Shown here in pieces: positions 9,401-18,180 of a stretch of DNA of 35,502 bases. Below the pieces are notes generated by a model. It was given only the letters and a program-made list of their open reading frames with translations. It made no database searches and was not told the DNA's origin. The DNA comes from a virus (Duplodnaviria > Caudoviricetes): positions 1-35,502 of the IMG/VR virus record IMGVR_UViG_3300020381_000025. One strand, given 5' to 3'. Every line of letters starts with the position of its first letter. Within the stretch, counting starts at the first letter, position 1. Both the position numbers and the translations under genes were made by a program.

Positions 9401-12400
9401 AACCAGATAAAGTCGGTGCAGATACAGTCGATACACCAAGATTAACTGTAAATGTATTGAGTCCTACATTTTCTTTAACAATAAAGACACCATTATATGC
9501 AGTTTGACCAGCACCAGCTAGTTTAACTTTAGATCCAGCAAGTAATCCATGTGCAGTAATACCAGTTCCAACTGTTGCAATGCCACTTGTAATGTCATAT
9601 GAAATCTGTGTGACACCAATCGCAGGGCCAATAAATGACATTGACGCATCTGATGTTGCAGAACCAACTGTAATATTATTACTACTTCCTCCTAATGATC
9701 TACCAAAATCAATAATCTCTGTAGATGCAAACGATACTTGTTTAGGGCCAGGAGTTGATGTGACTCTGAATGTGTTATTAAGTTTTGAGTTAGTATCAGA
9801 TCGAATACCAGCAATCTGAACAACTTGATCAACAGCACTATAAACATTTGTAACTGTTAATATACCAACAACGTGTCCAGCAGCAGTTGTGACACCAACA
9901 ACTTCAACAGAGTTACCGATACCATATGCACCACCACCATTTACAATAGTGACTCCAGTAATACCACCACGAGCATCGATTGTGATATTTGCAGTTGCAC
10001 CACCACTCGCTGTGCTACCTAAACCAACTCCAACAAGTTTTGCACCATGTAATGTTGTGGCAGAACCCTCTCCATATCCGATACCAGATGATCCAATACC
10101 AACAGATAGAATTGAATTTAGATTATGTTCAACTGCTAAGTATGCAGTATGAGCAAGACCAGCACCATTATCAGAAACAATACTTGTTATTCCAACACTG
10201 ATTCCATTCTGTAGTAAGAATTTATTTTGTGTATCCTTCGTAATACTATTCTTTAGATCACTTGATGCAACCTTACCGATTGTTTTCGATACAGCATGAC
10301 TGATGGCAACATCAGGATCAGACTTGGGATTGTCTCGATCTACCTGTGGATAAAGATCTTTGACTGGTTGACTGAACTTATAGTTCGTAAATGGTGATAC
10401 CGTTGGTTTTACATCATAATGTAGACAAGTTAGATGATAAACACCATCTTGTTCTCCCGTAATATGTTCCTTGACTTCTTCTGACTCATAAATGTAGAAA
10501 CTTTGTGCATATTCATTCTTCGAGAAGTTTGGTAGATTACCAACAGTTCTTGTTTGTGCATCAAGAGTTGATGAGCCTGGATCTGCATTAAGTGAATATT
10601 GGAATCCCCTTGCACTTGTGATACCTATGACTGAGAATCTTCCGTTGAATCCAGAACTACCAATACCAGTTGCGTTATTTGCAGACGTAATCTTATTGAC
10701 ATTCACAACAGAACCAACAGTTAAGTTATGTGGTTCTTCTGATATTACTGTTGCAACATTGCTTGTCCAGTTTGCCTCGTTTAAGAAGTGGAAATTTCTT
10801 TGATCATCAATGTTAGTTAATGATGTAGTTGTAATCTCTCCATCAGTTGAACCAGTTGTATCACTTGTTTCTTGTATGACATAACCTTCAATTGGTGGCC
10901 TTGCAGTTGTGATTCCAGCAGGGATGACATATCTAAACTTATAGATTGAATCATCAAGACCTCTTGAGTTCTCTTTTCTTACAAAGTATGACTTAGGTGT
11001 ATTTGCACCAAGAGCAGTTGTTCCGACTCCAACAAATGTAGGATAAATTTCATTATCAATAGATTCGTTTGAAACATTGACAAACCAATTTTTATTTGGA
11101 ATATCAAACTGGATTGGATGTCCAATATCACCTGATTTCTTATCAGATACACGACTAACAACTACAAGTTCTCCACCAGTGTTGTTAATTGTAAGTGCTG
11201 TTCCTTCTAATGCATCATTTAAAGTTCTTGCAACTTTAAGATCATTTGCATTACTACCTTTAATTGTAAAGTAAACTTGATCTTCTTCTAATCCATCAGG
11301 TAAGAAACCATCATTTGCAATAATACGAATTGATTCACCAGTAATTAAATTATGATCAGTCTTTAAAGATATAATATTTGAACTAATACTACTTACACCA
11401 ACAGCATTATTAACAACATATCTCTTCTCACCTGTGTTTGTTGTAATACCAGTCTCAGTTGGCATCACAATCTTAGAAACGAAGTCACCTTCATTTCCAT
11501 TAATATTCAATTGTAATCTTATTTTATCGTCTAATGCAGCACCAAATCGATATCCATCTACAACATGTGGTGGTGGAGCATCTTGGTTTGTAAATCCTTC
11601 AAAGTATAATCTTGTAACTGTACCTACACCGATTGTCTTATCTACGTCAAGTGTTAGGTAATCTACATTTGCAGTTTCATCATCAATTTCTTTTGGTGGA
11701 ATGAGATGTGTAATATATGCAGCGTTATCTGGAGTAAATGCTGCCTTTTTAAATCCATCAGATAAAAGTGCATTTTCACCAAAGTTAGCATTACAGTTTG
11801 CAAGTGATAGTTCACCACCTGTATCTGCTACATATTGACTCTTATGTCCAATCGCAAAGACTGAAACTGCCTGTATAACTGAATCGTTTGATGCACGAAC
11901 GTGAGTTGATTCATATTCTGGGCGGTAAATCGCAGCTGGATCTAAGTGTAGATTGTCTACACTTGTGTAATCTTCATACTGTCCAGATGTTGAATTATAT
12001 CTAACGAATGCCTTATCATCTTTCTGAAGTGCATTACCTGTAAACTGTGCAAGTAATCCACTCTTAAATCCTGTAACCTTTGCACCATCCAAGTGAATAC
12101 CATTCATACCAAAGACAGATCTCTTCGATAGATTGAATAAGTATGGTGAAGCAGAGTTGATTGTATCAACTTCAATGTTCACGTTTGCACTTGTCAGTGT
12201 TGGTAGTGGGTTGTTTGGTGCAGCACTAACCACATACTTGAATTGTGTGGTAGATACTACTTCTGATACAACAAAGATACCATTATATCCAGACGTACTG
12301 ATACCAGAGATACGAACAGGAGTGTCGATTGAAAGATCTGTAAGATTTGCATCTAGATCAACAGTAACCACTGTAGACGCAGTTGCACCATCACCAGACT

Positions 12401-13280
12401 TGATAGATGAAATACCAACCTGTTGTCCTTTTGATCCTACAATACGGTATTCTTCTACTCTTGTCTGGAAATCAAGACTGCCTGATGGATAGTCTGGTTC
12501 GATTGGTCTTCCTGTACCAGCATCATAAACATCACCAACTTTCTGATAATACATATCAAGATCAGTTGATGTTGAGTTTACATTTAAGAAACTATCATTA
12601 ATTGTAACTGCGTTTGCACCATCAGCATACTCAAAACAAGTTAGTTTATGATGTGAGAAACTTGGTGTAAATAAGTTTGCAGTGTAGTCTTTATATACGT
12701 TACCAGATGGATCTCCATCAAAGATAGTGAATTGTGAAATATAACAAGCACCAGTTAGTCTGAATATTGCAGTTGGATCTATGTTATTATTATCTGGATC
12801 TGGAACATACTTAGGTCTTATCTTTGTCTTACGAAGATCTTTACCTACAATTGATGTACCTCTTGGTATAATTACACCACCACGAACACTATTTAATTTG
12901 TATAGTTCGTTGTCAGGTGAGGTTAAATCAAAGTTACTACCTAATCCGAACGGACTTAATATCTGATTACTCTCTCCAAATCTTGTAAAATATCTTGCAT
13001 TACCACCAGAACTATAAGGTATAAATCCTGGCCTGTTGTCCACTGTATGTGTACCAGCAGCGAGGATGATTGTTGTTAAATCAAACTTATCGTTTCTTTG
13101 TCCTACAACATAAGAGAACCTAGCAGCTTCAATCAGAGCCCTCTGTATGGTTTTAAATGGTCGTGTTTGGGAGTTTCCTTGGTTTTCAATACTATCAGTC
13201 GCATCCAATTCATTGGGATCAACGTAGATGACGTTACCTTGTATATTCTTTAGAAAATTCTCCAGTCTTGAAAGGGGCAT
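6486..13280 (-). CDS. Giant virion structural / tail fibre protein (2264 aa) with C-terminal cupredoxin-like domain
   Basis: MPLSRLENFLKN...RPFKTIQRALIEAARFSY N-terminus is recognisable from cyanomyovirus large structural proteins. Has VGSGxTLSPDGDVFATG repeats and terminal HPF...YQCTNHSGM. Confidence 0.8.
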   Translation of the reverse strand: MPLSRLENFLKNIQGNVIYVDPNELDATDSIENQGNSQTRPFKTIQRALIEAARFSYVVGQRNDKFDLTTIILAAGTHTVDNRPGFIPYSSGGNARYFTRFGESNQILSPFGLGSNFDLTSPDNELYKLNSVRGGVIIPRGTSIVGKDLRKTKIRPKYVPDPDNNNIDPTAIFRLTGACYISQFTIFDGDPSGNVYKDYTANLFTPSFSHHKLTCFEYADGANAVTINDSFLNVNSTSTDLDMYYQKVGDVYDAGTGRPIEPDYPSGSLDFQTRVEEYRIVGSKGQQVGISSIKSGDGATASTVVTVDLDANLTDLSIDTPVRISGISTSGYNGIFVVSEVVSTTQFKYVVSAAPNNPLPTLTSANVNIEVDTINSASPYLFNLSKRSVFGMNGIHLDGAKVTGFKSGLLAQFTGNALQKDDKAFVRYNSTSGQYEDYTSVDNLHLDPAAIYRPEYESTHVRASNDSVIQAVSVFAIGHKSQYVADTGGELSLANCNANFGENALLSDGFKKAAFTPDNAAYITHLIPPKEIDDETANVDYLTLDVDKTIGVGTVTRLYFEGFTNQDAPPPHVVDGYRFGAALDDKIRLQLNINGNEGDFVSKIVMPTETGITTNTGEKRYVVNNAVGVSSISSNIISLKTDHNLITGESIRIIANDGFLPDGLEEDQVYFTIKGSNANDLKVARTLNDALEGTALTINNTGGELVVVSRVSDKKSGDIGHPIQFDIPNKNWFVNVSNESIDNEIYPTFVGVGTTALGANTPKSYFVRKENSRGLDDSIYKFRYVIPAGITTARPPIEGYVIQETSDTTGSTDGEITTTSLTNIDDQRNFHFLNEANWTSNVATVISEEPHNLTVGSVVNVNKITSANNATGIGSSGFNGRFSVIGITSARGFQYSLNADPGSSTLDAQTRTVGNLPNFSKNEYAQSFYIYESEEVKEHITGEQDGVYHLTCLHYDVKPTVSPFTNYKFSQPVKDLYPQVDRDNPKSDPDVAISHAVSKTIGKVASSDLKNSITKDTQNKFLLQNGISVGITSIVSDNGAGLAHTAYLAVEHNLNSILSVGIGSSGIGYGEGSATTLHGAKLVGVGLGSTASGGATANITIDARGGITGVTIVNGGGAYGIGNSVEVVGVTTAAGHVVGILTVTNVYSAVDQVVQIAGIRSDTNSKLNNTFRVTSTPGPKQVSFASTEIIDFGRSLGGSSNNITVGSATSDASMSFIGPAIGVTQISYDITSGIATVGTGITAHGLLAGSKVKLAGAGQTAYNGVFIVKENVGLNTFTVNLGVSTVSAPTLSGSVFGFPGGYSSADGAISADDEKIGSRMSNFFVGITTTLSSGITSTSSSIVISDASTSGLNIGDYIMVNDEMMRIKNTSINSVFRGVFGTKSTNHISGTQIKKVRVVPVESRRNSLIRAANQTFEYVGFGQGNYSVALPEKQTKVLSTEDRKLGQTQKRGGGQNFYTGLNDVGEYFIGNKVIKGTTGEEEIFDAPITSVTGEGHDVYKTDTDAIKVTGGANKDVLSEFNGPSIFTNKVTSTSVDGIEAVSLQLQGDGKVARKITVGIATPSVGGAAGDVVLTTKPSQGGYAGWVYTTQNTWRKFGLVSNDQDSVHVSVDKIGIGTTSVQGSQLVEINSGSINVPLVISSSDSISGIKLRNGSSETEIVGVGSDFQVRPEGQEAPVIQVKGNGNVAIGSHTPSERLDVDGTIKATEFTGDGSALTGVIGIGSGITVKDSGSAVGTAATVNFGDNLSVQFSVGIATIVGAAGTDNIITDKLNVTGISTLQNDVLIGSGVTLSPDGDIFATGITTVGILTVTGRVRIGGDLDVAGDITYDEITGRNLNITGVSTLSNTLQVGTGVTVSPDGDVFATGVTTSTTFVGNLTGNVTGDVTGDVTGTATNATNVTLADESTDTTCNVLFATGATGNLPPKTGTNLTFNSNTGDLTATSATLEHTTVGSAVTLSESGINVVGIITATTFKDMNGVGINTANVRTGILDVAGIATFRSNTLVGSGITLSPDGDVFATGITSIGSGITLSPDGDVLTTGITTIGKRVLGISTNNIIPFLYNNYSDLPSASTYHGAFVHVHVAGKAFYAHAGAWTQLVNVGSDLTVGLGTEKYNVGILTATTVKVGSGVTLSSDGDAFVTGISTATKFVGDLSDAVTSRWSVVNNGSSSYRFTGPGGLDGSADNSTIYVARGQTYEFNVNASGHPFQIRSSDGGSAYNTGVTNNGAAVGVVKFEVPFAAPAQLFYQCTNHSGMVGILSVFPAT

Positions 13281-13315
13281 CCTATTTTTCTCTAATTACA
13301 GATTCTGTCTAAGTT

Positions 13316-13322
13316 TATTTAT
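13316..13322 (-). promoter_or_regulatory. Late promoter ATAAATA for the giant structural gene
   Basis: Overlaps the oxygenase stop codon, about 35 nt upstream of the ATG at 13280. Confidence 0.55.
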
Positions 13323-13834
13323 TCAACGGAATAATACCAAAAAGAGAGTGCATATCTCTCTGAGTTCTCTACTTTATCAACATAATGTAGATTTTTTGTA
13401 TTTTCAAAGATAATTAATTTTCCTGGCTCTGGTTTGACCGTCACATCTTGAAAAATTAAGTTGCCACCCTCAAAATCATTATTTAGATACAGCATCGCTG
13501 CAACTTTATTTGGTGTATGAACATTATTACTATCAAAATGAGGTTTCATGAATGTTCCAGTTGGCCATCTGACGATACCAACATAACCCAATTGACAATT
13601 AACTAAACTTTTACACTTTTCAGTAACCTTTGTAACAACCTCATCATTGTCTTCGGGTGTTATAGGATCAACATTATTACCATAATATGTAGCGCCATGA
13701 TCAATCCATTCAATGTCTGTAGAATAAACATCATCACGACTCACATTTTCACTCTTATTTAACGTAGCATAATCTATAAGTCTTTGACACTCACTCAAAG
13801 AAATAAAATCTTCTTCTATGTAAGGGAAACTCAT
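13319..13834 (-). CDS. 2OG-Fe(II) oxygenase (prolyl-4-hydroxylase-like)
   Basis: HFD (HxD), AMLYLNNDFEGGNL, distal His in LHYV, and RYALSFW 2-oxoglutarate-binding Arg. Confidence 0.9.
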   Translation of the reverse strand: MSFPYIEEDFISLSECQRLIDYATLNKSENVSRDDVYSTDIEWIDHGATYYGNNVDPITPEDNDEVVTKVTEKCKSLVNCQLGYVGIVRWPTGTFMKPHFDSNNVHTPNKVAAMLYLNNDFEGGNLIFQDVTVKPEPGKLIIFENTKNLHYVDKVENSERYALSFWYYSVE

Positions 13835-14706
13835 TTTGTAAATGTGTTTGGTGGGCCATCAAATCGAGGATCTTTTGTATTCTTCTTATCAGAATCAACC
13901 TTATTTGGATCAAAGTTTGGATCTGGATAATCCTCCCAACTGTTACCCTCATACTCAACTATCAAAGGATTGATATCTTTTCTTTCGCCATATACATGAT
14001 AGAAACAATCAATGGTCGATAAATCAGTAATCAAATCAGTATTAGTTGAATCTTCTGCGATGACAATGAATTCATTATTAAACTCTTGAATCACAAGATT
14101 TTGATTTGATCCAATCGGTTGTAATTGAACAGTGATACTATCTTCATGAACTAAATCTTTCCAGTAATCGGGCAAATTAATCACATTAGACTCTTTTAAT
14201 CTACCACGACAGTAAACTGCAACCTCTGGGCCCTCAATACATGCATAACGAAGACGATGACCCTCACCTTTTGTAGGATGAACTAAATCAAATGGTTTTG
14301 GAGATGCATCCGCAGCAGCAAACCTAGATGCAAGTCTACCCTTATTACCACAATCAACTGAACCAGAAACAGTCATATCACCTATGACACTGATGGTATC
14401 AACAGATGATCCACCAGATATAAGTAAGGCATTGGCAGTTTTACCGTCGCCTGCAACAGTCATATTACCATCAGATTTCATTGCCAAACTTGCACTGCAA
14501 GCTGGTTGAGTATCAAGTGGACTCTGTGGTGCAGAGTTTGATGTGATATTTAAAAGTGCCTCATAACCTGGCGATGCACCAGTCTTTCCAACGTAAACAG
14601 GGCCATTTAATACCGCAGTTCCAGTTGGAGAAGTATCAGGTGCAACATAAGAAACATCATTTGTTCCTACAATTAACTTATCAACTTGTTGTCTAGATAT
14701 ATTCAT
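13831..14706 (-). CDS. Conserved baseplate/spike-associated protein with chaperone-like C-terminal domain (291 aa)
   Basis: KPFDLVHP...LRYACIEGPE...RG...LPDYWKDLV...ITVQLQPIG...YHVYGERKD motif set, located downstream of gp5. Confidence 0.6.
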   Translation of the reverse strand: MNISRQQVDKLIVGTNDVSYVAPDTSPTGTAVLNGPVYVGKTGASPGYEALLNITSNSAPQSPLDTQPACSASLAMKSDGNMTVAGDGKTANALLISGGSSVDTISVIGDMTVSGSVDCGNKGRLASRFAAADASPKPFDLVHPTKGEGHRLRYACIEGPEVAVYCRGRLKESNVINLPDYWKDLVHEDSITVQLQPIGSNQNLVIQEFNNEFIVIAEDSTNTDLITDLSTIDCFYHVYGERKDINPLIVEYEGNSWEDYPDPNFDPNKVDSDKKNTKDPRFDGPPNTFTK

Positions 14707-15335
14707 GCGTTAGGCCCCTTTGGTGCATTGATTGTAGATGCTGATTTTAAGACTTGAGACATTGTTCCATAAGCTTCATCTGAAAAAGTTGCTGCTAATG
14801 TGAATCCAGACTTAAGTTCCATAAAACCTTTACTTATTATATTAGTGGTATTATCAGCTTTTATTAGTATTTTTTCACCTTGAAGTCGAACATCAGGTGC
14901 ATCAATAGTCGCAACTCTAGTAGCCTTGATATTAAACTGTCCATCTTGGCCACCACCAATCGCTTCAAAATTAATATTTCTTCCTCTCAGTGTAATATCT
15001 CCATTCTCACAATCAATAACTACATCACCTTTTTTACACTTTATAATTTTAGCTGGTAACTGAGAAATATCACCAGCACTTCTGACTTTCAATCCTTCAC
15101 CAAGTACCTCTGTTGAAGATCCTGGCGTATATAAGACTGCCTTACCAGTTCCAGGCCCACCACCAGAACCACCTTGACCTGTTCCAGAATGAAACGCAAA
15201 AGATTGTGCCTCTTGAGTTTGAACTTCATAGAGAGTATCGCCATGAATACTACTCTGTCCACTCTGAGTGCAATACCTTAAATGTACGTCTCTTTCTAAA
15301 TTTTGTCCGTCGTTTGAAGCTTTATTCTTTGACAT
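14703..15335 (-). CDS. gp5 C-terminal-like beta-helical spike protein (210 aa)
   Basis: Short beta-strand repeats (GDVVIDCENGDITLRGRNINFEA...NIKAT...IKAD), directly after the gp5 N-domain gene. Confidence 0.55.
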   Translation of the reverse strand: MSKNKASNDGQNLERDVHLRYCTQSGQSSIHGDTLYEVQTQEAQSFAFHSGTGQGGSGGGPGTGKAVLYTPGSSTEVLGEGLKVRSAGDISQLPAKIIKCKKGDVVIDCENGDITLRGRNINFEAIGGGQDGQFNIKATRVATIDAPDVRLQGEKILIKADNTTNIISKGFMELKSGFTLAATFSDEAYGTMSQVLKSASTINAPKGPNA

Positions 15336-15336
15336 T

Positions 15337-17925
15337 TTATTTCTCGATACAACTAATAACAGTTATAACAGATGTTTGAGTTGTCTGAGCAAGTTGAGAT
15401 GCATCATCAACCTTAGTAAATTTAAGAACTGGTAATAATTTAGCACCAGCTCCAGTGTCACTATTTATTGTTATTTCTGGAAGTTTAGTAAACCCAAATC
15501 CACCATTAACAACACTCGCACCTACAATCAATCCATTCTGAATATTTAATTCAATTTGTGCTTGGCCAGGTTTTTGTATTGTATCAGCATTCGCATCGCC
15601 TGGCAAAGTATTACCAGCAGAATCAACAGATCCACCACCTATTGAAGCTGTATCATTATCCCCATATCCAAACCCTGTATTTTCAACAACAACATCTGCT
15701 ACCTCTGTAAGGTATGATTGTTCTCCATCATAATTTTCATTTGGATCAGGTATGACTTCTTGTACATTACCATCTATATCTGTTTCAGTTGTATTTGATA
15801 GATATTCTTGGCCAGGGGAGGTGATTACAACACCAACAACACCTAAACTTGATCCATTTGGATCAGGGACGTATAATTCATCCAAATCACTCTCACCACC
15901 AACCGTTATATTAAAACCATCAAAACCACCAGCACCAGCACCAACACCACCAACACCACCACCAGCACCAACACCACCAGCACCACCAGCACCAACACCA
16001 CCAGCACCAACACCACCAGCACCAACACCAGTGCCGCCACCTACTCCGTCAGCACCAACACCAGTACCAGTAGATCCAACCACAACAGGAAAAGCACCAG
16101 CTATCAAACCTTGTCCACCTTCACCATTAACGATCACAGGTATTTCACCAACAGTTATTGGTATTCCACCTGTACCACCAGCGGTCACAGGAATGCCTCC
16201 TGTACCACCAGCAACTACTAAATCTCCATCTGCTGTAACTGATTGTCCACTAGAAGTTGTAACTGGTATTCCTCCTTGTCCACCAGCATTAACAGGAAGA
16301 TTATTTGCAGTAATTTGTGTTCCTCCAACACCACCCACAGATACATTTGTTCCATTTGCAATCGGTGAAACAGTCCCCATCACTGGATAACCTCCAGCTC
16401 CATAACCTTTATCACAACTATCAAAGAATGAAAGTAAGGGTGGTTCCTCAAATCCAAATCCTGTGCCATTAATTGCAACACCAATAACATTACCTAAAGC
16501 ATTTACAATTGCAGATCCAGTTGCACCTTGACCACTACTTCCTATAAAGTCTACTCGTGGTGGGCCACATTTAAGAACATTAGTTTGACAATTTGGTGCA
16601 GATGGTTTTGCTGGAATGGCATTATCGAGACTATCTAAAAGAGGATCTATCAAAGAATTTAATCCAATTTTATTAATTATATTATCAAAACTATCCTCAG
16701 TTGCTTTTGAAACTCCGTTTTTTGAAGAATATGAAGTTGCTGGTGGACAATTTAGAGCATCACAATCAAGAACATTTGTAATAATATTTGCATATTTAAT
16801 TGCTTTTGAAAATGTTGAACTTGGAAGTCCAATACCACCACCTTGAATATTGTTTAATTGTCCAAATATATTTCCAAGGTTTGTATCTAAAATATTATTA
16901 ATCTGACCAAACATATCACTCAAAAAGTTTTCAATACCACAAACAGGTACATCTAAAACTTGTCCGATCATATTCTCTAAACTCTTAGAAAGATAATCTA
17001 AAAGAGCATCTTGAATTTTTTCAATATTGCAAAAAATTACATCAGTTAAAGATTTAGTTGCCTGACCTACAGGTGCCTGTAGTGTTTTAGGTGTTTTATC
17101 TTTTAAAGTTAGGTTTAGTTTATCTAAAGTATCTTGTATTAACCATGATCTGGCACGACGAACTAGTTTTGTTGTCGAGTTATGAATTTTATTTGTAGTT
17201 AATTTTATCTCTTCTTGAATATCAATAATACCACCGTAAATAGGATCAACATATGAATTTTGATCATTTAATTGTTGAAGAGTTTCCAACTTTCGAGTAA
17301 AGTCTTTTATTGTATTACTTATCTTTGATATCTCATTATCTTCACAAGCAGTGAAATTGTCGATGGTGATATTTGTAGATGCTTCTTTTTGTTTTGCTGC
17401 GATTGTTTTTACCAATTCACCAGGCGAGAATCCACCACCCCAAGGTGATGAAGGTGCTTGACGTTGTTTACCAGCTCTTTGTCTTACTTTAGGTGGAGTA
17501 TATGGAGTAAAACATGTTTGTTTTTTTGCATTAAATTGATCAGTTGTTAGATCATCTGGGATAAAAGTTTGTTTAAATAAAGTTCCAAATATAACTGGTT
17601 GTTGGCCATCTTCACCATCAAAGAAAAATCCAACTACAACTTCTCCACCTTGATACTGCAAGGTGGCTCCACAACCACCAGTGGTTGTAGTGTTTGGTGG
17701 TAAAAGAACATGAGCTAGTGGTAGTTCATTATCTGGTAAATCATCTGCACATCCATGATATCCAATAATACGAACTCTACATCTAAACGAATAGATATCC
17801 TCTCCATCGTCCGCTTGTTTTTTCTCTAAAGAATCTCCCCACTCTCCTTTATCTGGATCGGTGACTTGACCGATCCACCATTGCATTGGATCTTTTCCTA
17901 TAAAATTGGTTGATGGTTGATACAT
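15337..17925 (-). CDS. gp5: Baseplate hub/central spike gp5-like protein (OB-fold N-domain, no recognisable lysozyme domain)
   Basis: WWIGQV...RCRVRIIGYH...LPLAHV...VVVGFFFDGEDGQQPVIFG matches the T4 gp5/VgrG OB-fold. Confidence 0.85.
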   Translation of the reverse strand: MYQPSTNFIGKDPMQWWIGQVTDPDKGEWGDSLEKKQADDGEDIYSFRCRVRIIGYHGCADDLPDNELPLAHVLLPPNTTTTGGCGATLQYQGGEVVVGFFFDGEDGQQPVIFGTLFKQTFIPDDLTTDQFNAKKQTCFTPYTPPKVRQRAGKQRQAPSSPWGGGFSPGELVKTIAAKQKEASTNITIDNFTACEDNEISKISNTIKDFTRKLETLQQLNDQNSYVDPIYGGIIDIQEEIKLTTNKIHNSTTKLVRRARSWLIQDTLDKLNLTLKDKTPKTLQAPVGQATKSLTDVIFCNIEKIQDALLDYLSKSLENMIGQVLDVPVCGIENFLSDMFGQINNILDTNLGNIFGQLNNIQGGGIGLPSSTFSKAIKYANIITNVLDCDALNCPPATSYSSKNGVSKATEDSFDNIINKIGLNSLIDPLLDSLDNAIPAKPSAPNCQTNVLKCGPPRVDFIGSSGQGATGSAIVNALGNVIGVAINGTGFGFEEPPLLSFFDSCDKGYGAGGYPVMGTVSPIANGTNVSVGGVGGTQITANNLPVNAGGQGGIPVTTSSGQSVTADGDLVVAGGTGGIPVTAGGTGGIPITVGEIPVIVNGEGGQGLIAGAFPVVVGSTGTGVGADGVGGGTGVGAGGVGAGGVGAGGAGGVGAGGGVGGVGAGAGGFDGFNITVGGESDLDELYVPDPNGSSLGVVGVVITSPGQEYLSNTTETDIDGNVQEVIPDPNENYDGEQSYLTEVADVVVENTGFGYGDNDTASIGGGSVDSAGNTLPGDANADTIQKPGQAQIELNIQNGLIVGASVVNGGFGFTKLPEITINSDTGAGAKLLPVLKFTKVDDASQLAQTTQTSVITVISCIEK
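15925..16070. repeat. Low-complexity GVGAG/GGVGAG-coding tandem repeats within gp5
   Basis: Imperfect accaccagcaccaac 15-bp units. Confidence 0.8.
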
Positions 17926-17929
17926 CTAA

Positions 17930-18157
17930 TTAATCGTCATATACTAAACATTCTGGTTCATCTGGATGCAAATCACAGAATATTTCCAAAGCATTGGGAT
18001 CATGGTGGTCTCCCGCCTTGATTTCTTCTTTATGATGTTCTACATACTCTTCTAACTCATGCAATTCTTCTTTTGCATGTCTGCGTGCTGCTGGGTTTGA
18101 TTGTGGATCTTCGATAATTTTCTTATCGTGTTCCATATGGTCTTCGATTGATTTCAT
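17930..18157 (-). CDS. cp12: CP12 Calvin-cycle inhibitor (auxiliary metabolic gene)
   Basis: C-terminal LEIFCDLHPDEPECLVYDD CP12 signature. No N-terminal Cys pair, as in marine picocyanobacterial and phage CP12. TTAAATA late-promoter-like site at 18178-18184. Confidence 0.95.
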   Translation of the reverse strand: MKSIEDHMEHDKKIIEDPQSNPAARRHAKEELHELEEYVEHHKEEIKAGDHHDPNALEIFCDLHPDEPECLVYDD

Positions 18158-18180
18158 TTGATTGTTCCTGTTTCTTCTAT

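Noticed and set aside
9-13413. Many plus-strand ORFs rich in Pro/Val/Thr (e.g. 5413-6141, 7108-7944)
   Set aside because: Antisense shadows of Gly/Thr-rich fibre genes, with no RBS, promoter or family motifs.
15752-16390. Pro-rich 212-aa ORF (PPAPTPP repeats)
   Set aside because: Mirror of the GGT/GCT-rich tract of gp5 on the opposite strand.
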